A DNA stretch of 64,000 nt. Origin: Saprospiraceae bacterium. GTDB taxonomy: Bacteria; Bacteroidota; Bacteroidia; Chitinophagales; Saprospiraceae. The notes beneath the pieces were generated by a model. It had not been told where the DNA came from, searched no databases, and saw only the letters and a program-made list of their open reading frames with translations. The DNA is taken from NCBI GenBank assembly GCA_026129545.1, contig JAHCHX010000005.1:49502-113501 (forward strand), in the 5' to 3' direction. How positions within the stretch are numbered: the stretch's first letter is position 1; each line of letters starts with the position of its first letter. Position numbers and translations under genes: made by a program. Below, one piece after another: positions 9,365 to 17,331 of this stretch.

Positions 9365-10898
9365 GCGCCGTTTGCCGTGCCGGGTCGCTGGTAGCCGACA
9401 CGCCGAGGTACAGCGTCTTGCAGTGCGTGTCCGAGCCGTATTGATTGCTTACGGTAAGGCGCACCTGATACACGTCCGGCTTGGGAAACTGATGCGTCGG
9501 GTGCCGCTCCGTGCTGCCCGCCGACCCATCGCCAAAGTCCCACGACCAACTGGCCGGTTCGTAGTACGACAAGTCGGTGAACGCCACGGCGAGTGCGTCG
9601 AGGGTGTCCTGCTCGTAGCGGTACCATGCCTTAGGGTGGTTGTTCAGTCCCAGCGTGTCGCAGGGCGAGCCGTCCAAGGGGCCGAGGCGGTAGTTGGGGA
9701 AGTTGGGCACGGAGAAATCGTTGTACTTGTATAGTTGGATGCCGCGCTGTTGGTATTGGCAGTCCATGCCCTCCTCGTCGGGGCGGTGGATGACGTGCAG
9801 GTAGCGGGTGCCGTTGGTGGCGGAGGAGTAGATTTTGCCGTCAGGGGCGAGTTGCATCATGTAGAAGGTGACCTGGAAGGGATCGGTGAAGCCGTCATAG
9901 ACAGCCACTACCTTGCGGCTGGCGGGGATGTCGGCGGCATGGAGGTCGTATTGAAAGGCGGTGTCGCGTTTGTTGTTGTATAGGTAGCGGGAATTTGGGG
10001 AGATGGCAACGCCGCCATAGTCCCCTTTCCCTTCAATTCGAATTTGATTTGTCAGATAACCAGTACATCTGTCAAAATCAAAAATGTCTAAATGTGAGCC
10101 AATCGTATCAAAAGAAAATGCGCTATAAGCTGCATATCTTTGTCCATCTGGACTAAAAACGCTACTCCCTGCACCATTTCGAATAATCTTTTCTACTTCA
10201 GACAAGCCCAAATTATGAATACCACTAGGGTCTATCAAAATTCGATAATAAAGGCTGCTATTTCTTTGGAACGCTAACACCCACCAATCTCTCCCATTTG
10301 CGTGGCGGACTGTGTGCAATTTTCCTAATGTTAAAGTGTCATGAACAACAGGTATCTTTCGATTGACGACCTTTCCCAGTTCATTATTTCCCTTCATGTC
10401 AATTAATGCAGCAGTAACATCAAATGATACTCTGTCCGTCACAAAATTGTTGTTGTTTAGAAGATACCTGTTACTCATATAAAGTAATATAAGGCTGTCT
10501 TCATGACCGGGATATCGCAAAAAAACTGACCCTTGCACCAGAAAATCAAAGGATAGATAATACCCGGAAGCGAAATCAATCTCTTCGTGCATATCCCCGC
10601 CATTTTCCACATCCTGTACAAAAGTCTTGTTTCGGATATGCAATCCATTAAAAAATGCAAACAATTCGCCGTTCTCATCAGAAAAGGCTGAGTTGTTTTG
10701 AGGAAACTCCATATCATTCATCACTGAACTGCTATCAATCTGCAAACTGCCGTCGGTGAAGGTCAGGATGCTGTGGCCAAGAGTGGGGTCATATCCTCCA
10801 AGTGCTGGGTAGCCTAGTATCCAGGTATTGTCGTGCAGTTGGGAGAAGAGGTGTAGAGGGAGCAGCAAGCCGACTATGGCAAAAAATATCACTTTCAT
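9117..10898 (-). CDS. T9SS-secreted protein: propeller-like core, PKD domain, Por_Secre_tail sorting domain
   Basis: 593 aa from ATG 10898; the track ORF runs spuriously to 11198 through the neighbour's sorting domain. Signal peptide MKVIFFAIVGLLLPLHLFSQ, PKD motif WSWDFGDGS...YQVRLTVSNQYGSD, C-terminal LLWPNPTDGRLQLYL...GVYFCLV...KFVISR. Confidence 0.88.
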   Translation of the reverse strand: MKVIFFAIVGLLLPLHLFSQLHDNTWILGYPALGGYDPTLGHSILTFTDGSLQIDSSSVMNDMEFPQNNSAFSDENGELFAFFNGLHIRNKTFVQDVENGGDMHEEIDFASGYYLSFDFLVQGSVFLRYPGHEDSLILLYMSNRYLLNNNNFVTDRVSFDVTAALIDMKGNNELGKVVNRKIPVVHDTLTLGKLHTVRHANGRDWWVLAFQRNSSLYYRILIDPSGIHNLGLSEVEKIIRNGAGSSVFSPDGQRYAAYSAFSFDTIGSHLDIFDFDRCTGYLTNQIRIEGKGDYGGVAISPNSRYLYNNKRDTAFQYDLHAADIPASRKVVAVYDGFTDPFQVTFYMMQLAPDGKIYSSATNGTRYLHVIHRPDEEGMDCQYQQRGIQLYKYNDFSVPNFPNYRLGPLDGSPCDTLGLNNHPKAWYRYEQDTLDALAVAFTDLSYYEPASWSWDFGDGSAGSTERHPTHQFPKPDVYQVRLTVSNQYGSDTHCKTLYLGVSATSDPARQTAQVLLWPNPTDGRLQLYLPGMEAEQEVRLRVADISGRTMLERSLATADGNLALDASRLAPGVYFCLVSTAGQTFQPVKFVISR

Positions 10899-11208
10899 GT
10901 TCAAAAACAAAAAAGCCTGCTCGTGGCGCGGTAATGCCACGAGCAGGAGTGAGGAAAATTTTAGCGCGAAATCACAAACTTGACGGGCTGAAACGTTTGC
11001 CCGGCAGTACTGACCAAACAGAAATAAACGCCCGGCGCAAGCCTCGAAGCATCGAGCGCGAGGTTGCCGTCGGCGGTGGCGAGGCTGCGCTCCAGCATCG
11101 TCCGCCCCGAAATATCGGCGACGCGCAGGCGCACTTCCTGCCCCGCTTCCATGCCCGGCAGGAACAGTTGGAGCCGCCCGTCGGTCGGGTTGGGCCACAG
11201 CAGCACCC
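10821..11208. repeat. Junction module copy 2
   Basis: Near-identical to 8977-9364, 1844 bp away, direct orientation. Confidence 0.9.
10900..10947 (-). terminator. Rho-independent terminator (copy of 9056-9103)
   Basis: Same 12-bp stem at 10916-10927 / 10936-10947, followed by a T-run on the minus strand. Confidence 0.8.
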
Positions 11209-11746
11209 TGTCAGAAAGGGGTTTCGGTGTTGCTTTTGCGGAACGCTCGTCAGCAATGGCGCACAAATCAAAGTCGTCGAAATGCTTTTGTTCCTTCATT
11301 TGATACAGCGCGCGGGCCATGCACACCGCGCTGCCGCCCGCCAGTGGGCATTGTTGCGCGATGGGCGAGACAACGTCAAACTGGGCTTCGGTCAGTTGCG
11401 CCGCGCCCGCCGCAGTCACTTCCAGATAGATTCGAAGCGCGTCCTTGCGATTGCTTTGCAGCACATTGTTGGCCGGGAGCGCCGTCACGGTCGGCAGGGC
11501 GTTCAAGGCCCTGACCCGGCGGAGCGAGTCCATCAGGTGCTGTTTTTCAACCGCCACGGCTGTGTGGGGCACGAGTCTTGCCCGTACCGACTGCGACTGC
11601 CAGTAAATATCGAGGCTGTCCGAGCGGGTGCTGCGTTCGTGCGCACGAGAAAAAAATGCGAGTTCATGACAAATGTCGGCAAGCCTACATAAAGAAGCAA
11701 TAGGGCGCAGAAAACTTAACATGGGAAGCGAGCGTCGGCACGGCAC
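10961..11746 (-). CDS. T9SS C-terminal sorting domain protein, possibly a 5'-truncated remnant
   Basis: 261-aa ORF. The last ~85 aa are the same sorting domain as in 9117-10898. No signal peptide follows any in-frame Met, so the start and integrity are uncertain. Confidence 0.5.
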   Translation of the reverse strand: MPCRRSLPMLSFLRPIASLCRLADICHELAFFSRAHERSTRSDSLDIYWQSQSVRARLVPHTAVAVEKQHLMDSLRRVRALNALPTVTALPANNVLQSNRKDALRIYLEVTAAGAAQLTEAQFDVVSPIAQQCPLAGGSAVCMARALYQMKEQKHFDDFDLCAIADERSAKATPKPLSDRVLLWPNPTDGRLQLFLPGMEAGQEVRLRVADISGRTMLERSLATADGNLALDASRLAPGVYFCLVSTAGQTFQPVKFVISR

Positions 11747-12080
11747 GTCTGCTGCCGTTTACTTGCAGTGTCCGACCGCTACATCTTGAAAAGCCGCCGT
11801 TTTCTGCTTTTTGCCCAAAATGGCATGAGGGGGCATTTCGCGCACCCATGCCAAGCGCACGAACAAGAACGCTATTCCAGCATGAAGCGGAATAGCGCGT
11901 CTTGTGCGCGATAGCAGTGCATTGTGCACTCTGAACAGGTATGGAAGCACTTGTGTGTCTTCCGCAATAAAGCGTGCTCAGGCGAGCGTTCAGGAGAGTA
12001 TATGCGGGCGGGGGCCCCCTGCACCACGAGGATTATGAAGACGCGGAAAATGGACGACAGCCCTATTCCCCGCAGAAACT

Positions 12081-12186
12081 ATACTTCGCTCCGTTAGGTT
12101 TTGGGTATGGCTAAAAGCGCAATCTGTTCAAAATCAGGGACATCAATCAAAGTCATCTGACAAATCCTTGCGAATCAAGGTATAAG
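12081..12186 (-). repeat. MITE-like ~105-bp element, copy A
   Basis: Its reverse complement aligns end to end with 18476-18583 (CTTATACCTTGATTCGCAAGGATTTGTCAGATG...CCATACCCAAAACCTAACGGAGCGAAGTAT). Confidence 0.8.
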
Positions 12187-12637
12187 ATGCTCCTTGAGCG
12201 AAGTGAAGGCGCAAATGCATGCCCAAATCTTCGACGAGATGAAGTCCTGCTGGCAACATGTTGACTTTTAGGTCAAGCGCGGCGACGACGGCTGGCGGGA
12301 TGGGGCATGGCTCGGGCATTTCGAGGATTCCGTGACGGAGGTGCCGCCGCATCAGGTTGGCACAAAGCCACTCGCGGCGAAAAATCAGGGAAACGCCTTT
12401 GCCGTCGTTCCAAGCAGTAAGCACGGCGTGGGCATGACTACAGCTCGTTCGCTTGGCTTGCAAACCCGGTTGATGGTTTTTTGCGACTATTTTGCAGATG
12501 CCATTGCCGCCGCAATTGGAGCTCGGCGAGCCGAACATAACTTCACATTGCAGGGACAACGGCTCCTTGCGGACCGTTTGGGGCGAGAACAGCGGATGCG
12601 TCGCCGTGAGTTTTATGGTTTGGGTATTTTGATTCAT
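12143..12637 (-). CDS. Hypothetical Cys-rich protein (164 aa)
   Basis: Longest ORF between two inverted MITE-like copies; no family recognised. The last 14 codons and the stop lie inside copy A. The start is 20 nt from copy C. Confidence 0.4.
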   Translation of the reverse strand: MNQNTQTIKLTATHPLFSPQTVRKEPLSLQCEVMFGSPSSNCGGNGICKIVAKNHQPGLQAKRTSCSHAHAVLTAWNDGKGVSLIFRREWLCANLMRRHLRHGILEMPEPCPIPPAVVAALDLKVNMLPAGLHLVEDLGMHLRLHFAQGASYTLIRKDLSDDFD

Positions 12638-12656
12638 AATCTGATTGTGTCCTGAA

Positions 12657-12764
12657 TTTATGCCTTGATTTGCTAGGATTTGTTAGATGAACATGCTCGC
12701 TCTCCTTGATTTTTAGCAGATTGTGCTTTTAGCCATGCCCAAAAATTGGCGGTGCGAGGAATAA
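12657..12764 (+). repeat. MITE-like ~105-bp element, copy C
   Basis: TTTATGCCTTGATTTGCTAGGATTTGTTAGATGAAC...CTTGATTTTTAGCAGATTG...GCCATGCCCAAAAATTGGCGGTGCGAGGAATAA aligns with copy B. Confidence 0.8.
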
Positions 12765-13189
12765 TTGAAAGGAGATGACCTCAAATAATCGAACTTTCTC
12801 TCAAAACATTTGGCCCTACACTCCCATTACGTCAATCACAATGATATTCCCGTTTCCGTCTTGGCAGGTAGCCATTTCTCCAGTGAGGAACAATAAAATC
12901 CACCCGAGTGGTAAAGTCCAAGTAGCCATGATGCTGAATTAGTTAGTTAACACGCCAAAGGTATCCGCACGGCGAGGGGACGGTTTAGGACAGAAATCAA
13001 GGGTTCATCCCCCAGTTGTTTCGGCTTCTTTTTTCGCGCCGATGGAAAGTTTTGGCCTGATTATCAATCACTTGATGAAACGGAAAAATCTCCAAAACTT
13101 GGCTTGACACCAAAAAACAAAGCCACCCAACAGGCAATGTTCCCTGTTAGGCGGCTAAAAAAAACCGCGTTTGAAGTGACGAAGAGCAT

Positions 13190-14740
13190 TTAAGGTAGCC
13201 TTGCCCGAAGCGATTCCGTTCGGGTTGGCTCTTTCTCCAACGCGTTGACGGTCATCTGCCAAAGTGCTTCGTAGGGGATTATTTCAATCTCGTATGTTTG
13301 GTTGGCTACTTCCATGGGCACGGAGCAAAGCATACTGTACAGCTTCTGGGTTTGGCGCGCCACTCGTTCTCGATGGAAGGCGTAAATCGGGATTTGAAGC
13401 AACATTTTGATGAAACAATTGCTTCTGAACGTGTCATTTTGCTTCAAATAGCGGCTACAGTATTTCTCGATTCCCTCCATGCGGTCGATGCATTGTTGAT
13501 ACTCGCGGTCGGCAAGCGCGTACAATATCTGTATCACGAGAATTGGTATGTTCATGCCGCGCTTGTCTTTGGAAAAAACGGGGGTCTCGTTCAGGAATTT
13601 GCTGAGTTTGAATCTGGCGTGACGCGGAGAGGAAAGATTTTCGGCAGATAGTTTTCCCACTTTGATGAGGAAGTGAATGTATGCTTGATATATTTTCCAG
13701 ACTTCTGTGATTTGAAATGATTGGTTGTCGAACCGCGCATCCCCCATCACCCTATCCATGATGCGCGCTGCTGTTTCATAGTGAGCGGTGTGCATCGCCA
13801 AAAGGAAGAACAGCTCTTGGAGCTTGAACCAATTGAATGAGCCATGCTCCACCAAGCCTTGGCATCGCTCAATGATTTGCTGGCCTTTCTCAAACTCGCG
13901 GAGTTGCAGATAGCAGGTAATCAGGTTGTAATAGAAAATTTGAAGAGGGAAACCGCTGTCGTATTCTTTTTTGTCAAAAAACTGCACGGCCTCCTCACAA
14001 AGTCGAGCGGTGGTGACGTAGTCATTGACACTGCTGTATGCAAAAACCTGAATGAGCCGACCAAAAAGCTGAAGCTTGAACGATTCGCATTTTTCCAAAT
14101 CGGGCTTGATGATGCCATAATATAATTTGGCTTGTTCCGACACTTCCATCTTGGTCGCCTTGCTGTTCACATACCGAATAATCAGTTCGGTATAGAAGTC
14201 CTCCACGCGATTTTCTAAATGCCAAATTTCTTGATAATGATGCAGCTGCTCGCGGATGCTCTCATATTTTTTGAGGTCGCCACCTGTGGTGCTGTAATGT
14301 ATCCGCAAGGCACGCAAGATGTCGCAGGTGAGTTCGGTGAATTCAAATCGGATGGCGTGCCGCAACAATTTCTCCAAGACATCGTATCCGACCACTTTCG
14401 CGTTCCGCATCACCAAAATCATGGCCGCCGCCCATTTTTTGTAGCATTCAAAATACGCCCGCTGCCTGTCGGAGAATCCCGGCTCTTTGAAGTCGAGTAA
14501 AAAGACCGAGTCGAGCATTCGCTCTTTCAGTTTGTTTTTCAGGTTGGGCAGTTTGGAAGCATCGTCGCCGCCTTCCAACAGCCAAGCGAGCGCCTCTTCG
14601 TCGGAACGCACTTTTTGGCTCACGAGGGCATCGTAGAGCTGTTGCATCTTTGAGTCGGGTTCAAGGATGATGCCGAGGATGCCACTGGATTTTAGCTTGG
14701 TTTTGTTGAGCAGATTGGCTAATTCAATCAAATCTCTCAT
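13190..14740 (-). CDS. Hypothetical helical (TPR-like) protein, 516 aa
   Basis: Long uninterrupted ORF with protein-like composition; no family recognised. By eye its GC is lower than that of its neighbours. Confidence 0.7.
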   Translation of the reverse strand: MRDLIELANLLNKTKLKSSGILGIILEPDSKMQQLYDALVSQKVRSDEEALAWLLEGGDDASKLPNLKNKLKERMLDSVFLLDFKEPGFSDRQRAYFECYKKWAAAMILVMRNAKVVGYDVLEKLLRHAIRFEFTELTCDILRALRIHYSTTGGDLKKYESIREQLHHYQEIWHLENRVEDFYTELIIRYVNSKATKMEVSEQAKLYYGIIKPDLEKCESFKLQLFGRLIQVFAYSSVNDYVTTARLCEEAVQFFDKKEYDSGFPLQIFYYNLITCYLQLREFEKGQQIIERCQGLVEHGSFNWFKLQELFFLLAMHTAHYETAARIMDRVMGDARFDNQSFQITEVWKIYQAYIHFLIKVGKLSAENLSSPRHARFKLSKFLNETPVFSKDKRGMNIPILVIQILYALADREYQQCIDRMEGIEKYCSRYLKQNDTFRSNCFIKMLLQIPIYAFHRERVARQTQKLYSMLCSVPMEVANQTYEIEIIPYEALWQMTVNALEKEPTRTESLRARLP

Positions 14741-15116
14741 AACAAGATTCTTTCAGGTCGAGAAGTGGTCGGTTTCAGCCTTTTCGCAAGAAAAAAGGCA
14801 ACAGAAAGTCATGCACTTGCCTTCGGTCGGCAAAGCGTTGGAAACGATGATTAAACCCTAAAAGTGTCAAGGGCTGCGTTCAGAAGTCCCTCCGACCGGC
14901 GGCAGGCGAGCGATGGATTATCAATTTGGATATAAAAGTAGCCAAACGGCGGTAAAAGTGCGAGACTTTTTGCAGAGAAACAATCGCGGGTGAGGAAAAA
15001 GCACGGCGCGACACAAAAAGCAGCGCGTCGCCCCTTTTTTGTGGTGACGACGCGCTCCAACGGCTATTTGATGTTTTTTGCTTGTGCCCCTGACAACCTG
15101 ATAGTTTTTGAGGCCG

Positions 15117-15365
15117 TCAAGCATCGCGCAACAGCTGGCGATAAAGGCTATACAGCGAACCGACCATGAAAAAAATGGTGAGGAAAACAGCCCATGTCGG
15201 TCGCTCCAATTGCAGTTTTGCATCAAGCCAACGCCCGATGAACACGCCTGCAAGGCAAGCGCCAAGCAACTGGAAAGCCATGCCGCCATATTTGGCGACA
15301 GCTTTAATTGCGGGCTTCGGCTTTTGCTCCGGCGACTGCTGGCTCATTCGACGACGTTTTTGCAT
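15117..15365 (-). CDS. AtpZ/AtpI-family small membrane protein
   Basis: Basic N-terminus followed by two TM helices (YGGMAFQLLGACLAGVFIGRWLD; WAVFLTIFFMVGSLYSLY), as recalled for AtpZ. The start is uncertain because it overlaps the bactofilin 3' end. Confidence 0.6.
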   Translation of the reverse strand: MQKRRRMSQQSPEQKPKPAIKAVAKYGGMAFQLLGACLAGVFIGRWLDAKLQLERPTWAVFLTIFFMVGSLYSLYRQLLRDA

Positions 15366-15771
15366 CTCCGGGTTTGGCGATGCCGTTGGCTACCGTTGCG
15401 CCGCTTTCCATCTTGCAAGAAACGTTGAAACGGGCACCGCTCTGCACCAACAGTTTGTTCGTGGTGATTTCGCCGTCCACTTCTGCCGTTTCGCGCACGT
15501 TGAGCAGTTCGGACACTTGCAGATTGCCCTTGAAGCGCCCTTCGATGACGGCATTTTGGCAGCGGACTTCGCCTTCCACTGCTCCCGTAGGGCCGATTAT
15601 GACCTTTGCTTGACAGACAAGCTTGCCTTTGATGGTGCCGTCTATGCGCAAATCATTGTCGCAGCGAATACTTCCTTCCACTACCGTGCCTTTGGCGAGC
15701 GCGTTCAGCGCATTGGGTGTGGACGAAGGGGCGGATTTTACTTCCTCGGTGTTTTTGCTACTGCCAAACAT
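15304..15771 (-). CDS. Bactofilin (polymer-forming cytoskeletal protein)
   Basis: 155 aa from ATG 15771. Bactofilin beta-helix repeats: GTVVEGSIRCDNDLRIDGTIKGKLVCQAKVIIGPTGAVEGEVRCQNAVIEGRFKGNL. Confidence 0.85.
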   Translation of the reverse strand: MFGSSKNTEEVKSAPSSTPNALNALAKGTVVEGSIRCDNDLRIDGTIKGKLVCQAKVIIGPTGAVEGEVRCQNAVIEGRFKGNLQVSELLNVRETAEVDGEITTNKLLVQSGARFNVSCKMESGATVANGIAKPGDAKTSSNEPAVAGAKAEARN

Positions 15772-15991
15772 AACTTTTTCGGTTTTGAATTTTTGTTTGA
15801 AAAAACGACTTTCTGCTTTTCGGATTACACTCTTAACAAAAGAGACTTCACGGGAACTGGCAAAAATGAAAAAGATTTCCGGCGCACCCAAGCGTTCGGA
15901 AATCTTTTTGCACAGTCATGGAAGGCGCATCGGCCATTTCATTCAGAATCAATGCACTGGAAAAAATGCATATCTTCTTGCCTAAGGGGCA

Positions 15992-17038
15992 TCAGAAGTT
16001 CGGGCAGTAAACACCGCGACGCTCTGGGCCGCATATCTTGTACATCAGCGAAAACTCGAAGGCGCCGTTGCCGTTGCTTGCCGTGCTGAGGTTGGACGTG
16101 TTGATGTCGTAGCTGAAGCCGATGGTAAAGTATTCGTAGTCGAAGCGAGTGCTTAGGATGATGGCATCCAATAGTTTGCCGTCGTCGAGTCTGTTCGACA
16201 TACGCGCCCACGCGCCGAGTTGGAAGGCTTGGTTGAGGCGGCGGCTGTTGCCCAAGAGGAACTTGAAAGACGTGCCCGCATTGACTTGGAAAGATGGCCC
16301 TTGAATGAAGGTGACCACACCCGGCAAAAGGCCAGTCTTTTTTGCAATCATAAATTCGCCGCCTGCGTGGAAGGTGAATTTGCTGTAAAGCGGAATGTTC
16401 TGATTCTCGAAGGATTGGTTGGCGCGGTTCAAGTGGCTGAACGCCCCGCCGAAGTAAACGTTGGCATCGTCGCCAAAGACGCTGAACCACAACGCGCCCG
16501 CAGACATGTCCACAAACATGAAGTTGGGGTCGTCAATTGGTTCGCCCGGCTTGGTTGGGTCGAACACCCCGTTGCCATTGTTTTGGCTGGGCCATTGCAG
16601 GTTGGCGCTGTTGATGCTGCGCTGGCTCACCCCGAAGTCGGCACCCAACACGAGGTAGTGGGCTTTTTTGCGGTAGCCGCCCATTTTCTTGGCGTAGGAG
16701 CCAGAGAGGCGAGCCTGAAGCGTGGCAAATTCGGAAGCGCCCGCTTTGTCGCCCCAAAGCGTGCCGCCCACACCAAAATAGTCGTAGCGACCTACGGCTA
16801 CTTTTTGGTCGTAGGAAGCGGAGTAAGTGTTGTAGGCATTGCTTTTCAAAATGGAGGCCCACTGATTGCGGTAGTTGGCCACTACGCGCTGGTTGCAGTT
16901 CATCACCCCAGTGAGAGCGGGGTTGAGGTTGAGCGGGCTCATGTAGAACTGTGAGAAGTGGATGTCCTGAGCTTGCACAGCTACCACTGACAACATCACC
17001 AAGCACAGCGAAAGAATGTGTAAAGTAGTTTTTTTCAT
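15992..17038 (-). CDS. PorP/SprF-family type IX secretion system membrane protein
   Basis: 348 aa from ATG 17038. Signal peptide followed by the DIHFSQFYMSPLNLNPALTG motif. Confidence 0.9.
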   Translation of the reverse strand: MKKTTLHILSLCLVMLSVVAVQAQDIHFSQFYMSPLNLNPALTGVMNCNQRVVANYRNQWASILKSNAYNTYSASYDQKVAVGRYDYFGVGGTLWGDKAGASEFATLQARLSGSYAKKMGGYRKKAHYLVLGADFGVSQRSINSANLQWPSQNNGNGVFDPTKPGEPIDDPNFMFVDMSAGALWFSVFGDDANVYFGGAFSHLNRANQSFENQNIPLYSKFTFHAGGEFMIAKKTGLLPGVVTFIQGPSFQVNAGTSFKFLLGNSRRLNQAFQLGAWARMSNRLDDGKLLDAIILSTRFDYEYFTIGFSYDINTSNLSTASNGNGAFEFSLMYKICGPERRGVYCPNF

Positions 17039-17331
17039 AAAAAGACAGACCAAAGAGTTTGGATGAAAAACAGCGTACAATGTTAGGCAGACTATTGGAA
17101 ACCGCCCAAGCTTTTTTTGTTAAAGTGCGCGAAGGTAGGTTTTTCCTACATTTCGATGCGTACATGACCAAAGTTTAGCGGGGAGACTTCGACAATTTTA
17201 ACTTTTGGCATTCATAAGGTGGAGCCAGAACGGAGGTTCTTCGGTTCGTATTTTGGGGGATGTGTTAAGGTTTTCGGGCATAAGAGGTTTTAACAATCGA
17301 AAACGCTGCCTGTGAGGGCGAAAGCATCGTT

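Noticed and set aside
9090-9734. ORFs 9090-9734 and 10802-11692 share an identical N-terminal sequence (MPRAGVRKILARNHKLDG...), which could look like a duplicated gene.
   Set aside because: They are the antisense reading of the duplicated T9SS sorting-domain junction module. The identity reflects the DNA repeat, not a conserved protein.
12332-12655. 107-aa plus-strand ORF opposite the 164-aa ORF between the MITE copies.
   Set aside because: Arg/Ala-rich antisense-type composition and no motif. The minus-strand ORF is longer and more protein-like, though itself of low confidence.
12817-12930. 37-codon minus-strand ORF (MATWTLPLGWILLFLTGEMATCQDGNGNIIVIDVMGV), considered as a possible small hydrophobic peptide or toxin.
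   Set aside because: Too short to assess. It has no recognisable partner, ribosome-binding context or conservation evidence within the window.
15022-15056. Hairpin AGCGCGTCG...CGACGCGCT downstream of the atpZ-like gene, considered as a terminator.
   Set aside because: The stem is 9 bp with an 18-nt loop and no clear U-tract on the minus strand. That is too weak to annotate.
17262-17300. Possible degenerate MITE boxes at 17262-17300 (GTTAAGGTTTTCGGGCAT) and 57379-57410 (GTTACCTTTTGTGCAAAGGGATTTGTGAGGTG).
   Set aside because: Only short, gapped similarity to one box. The second overlaps the candidate CRP half-site and may be coincidental.
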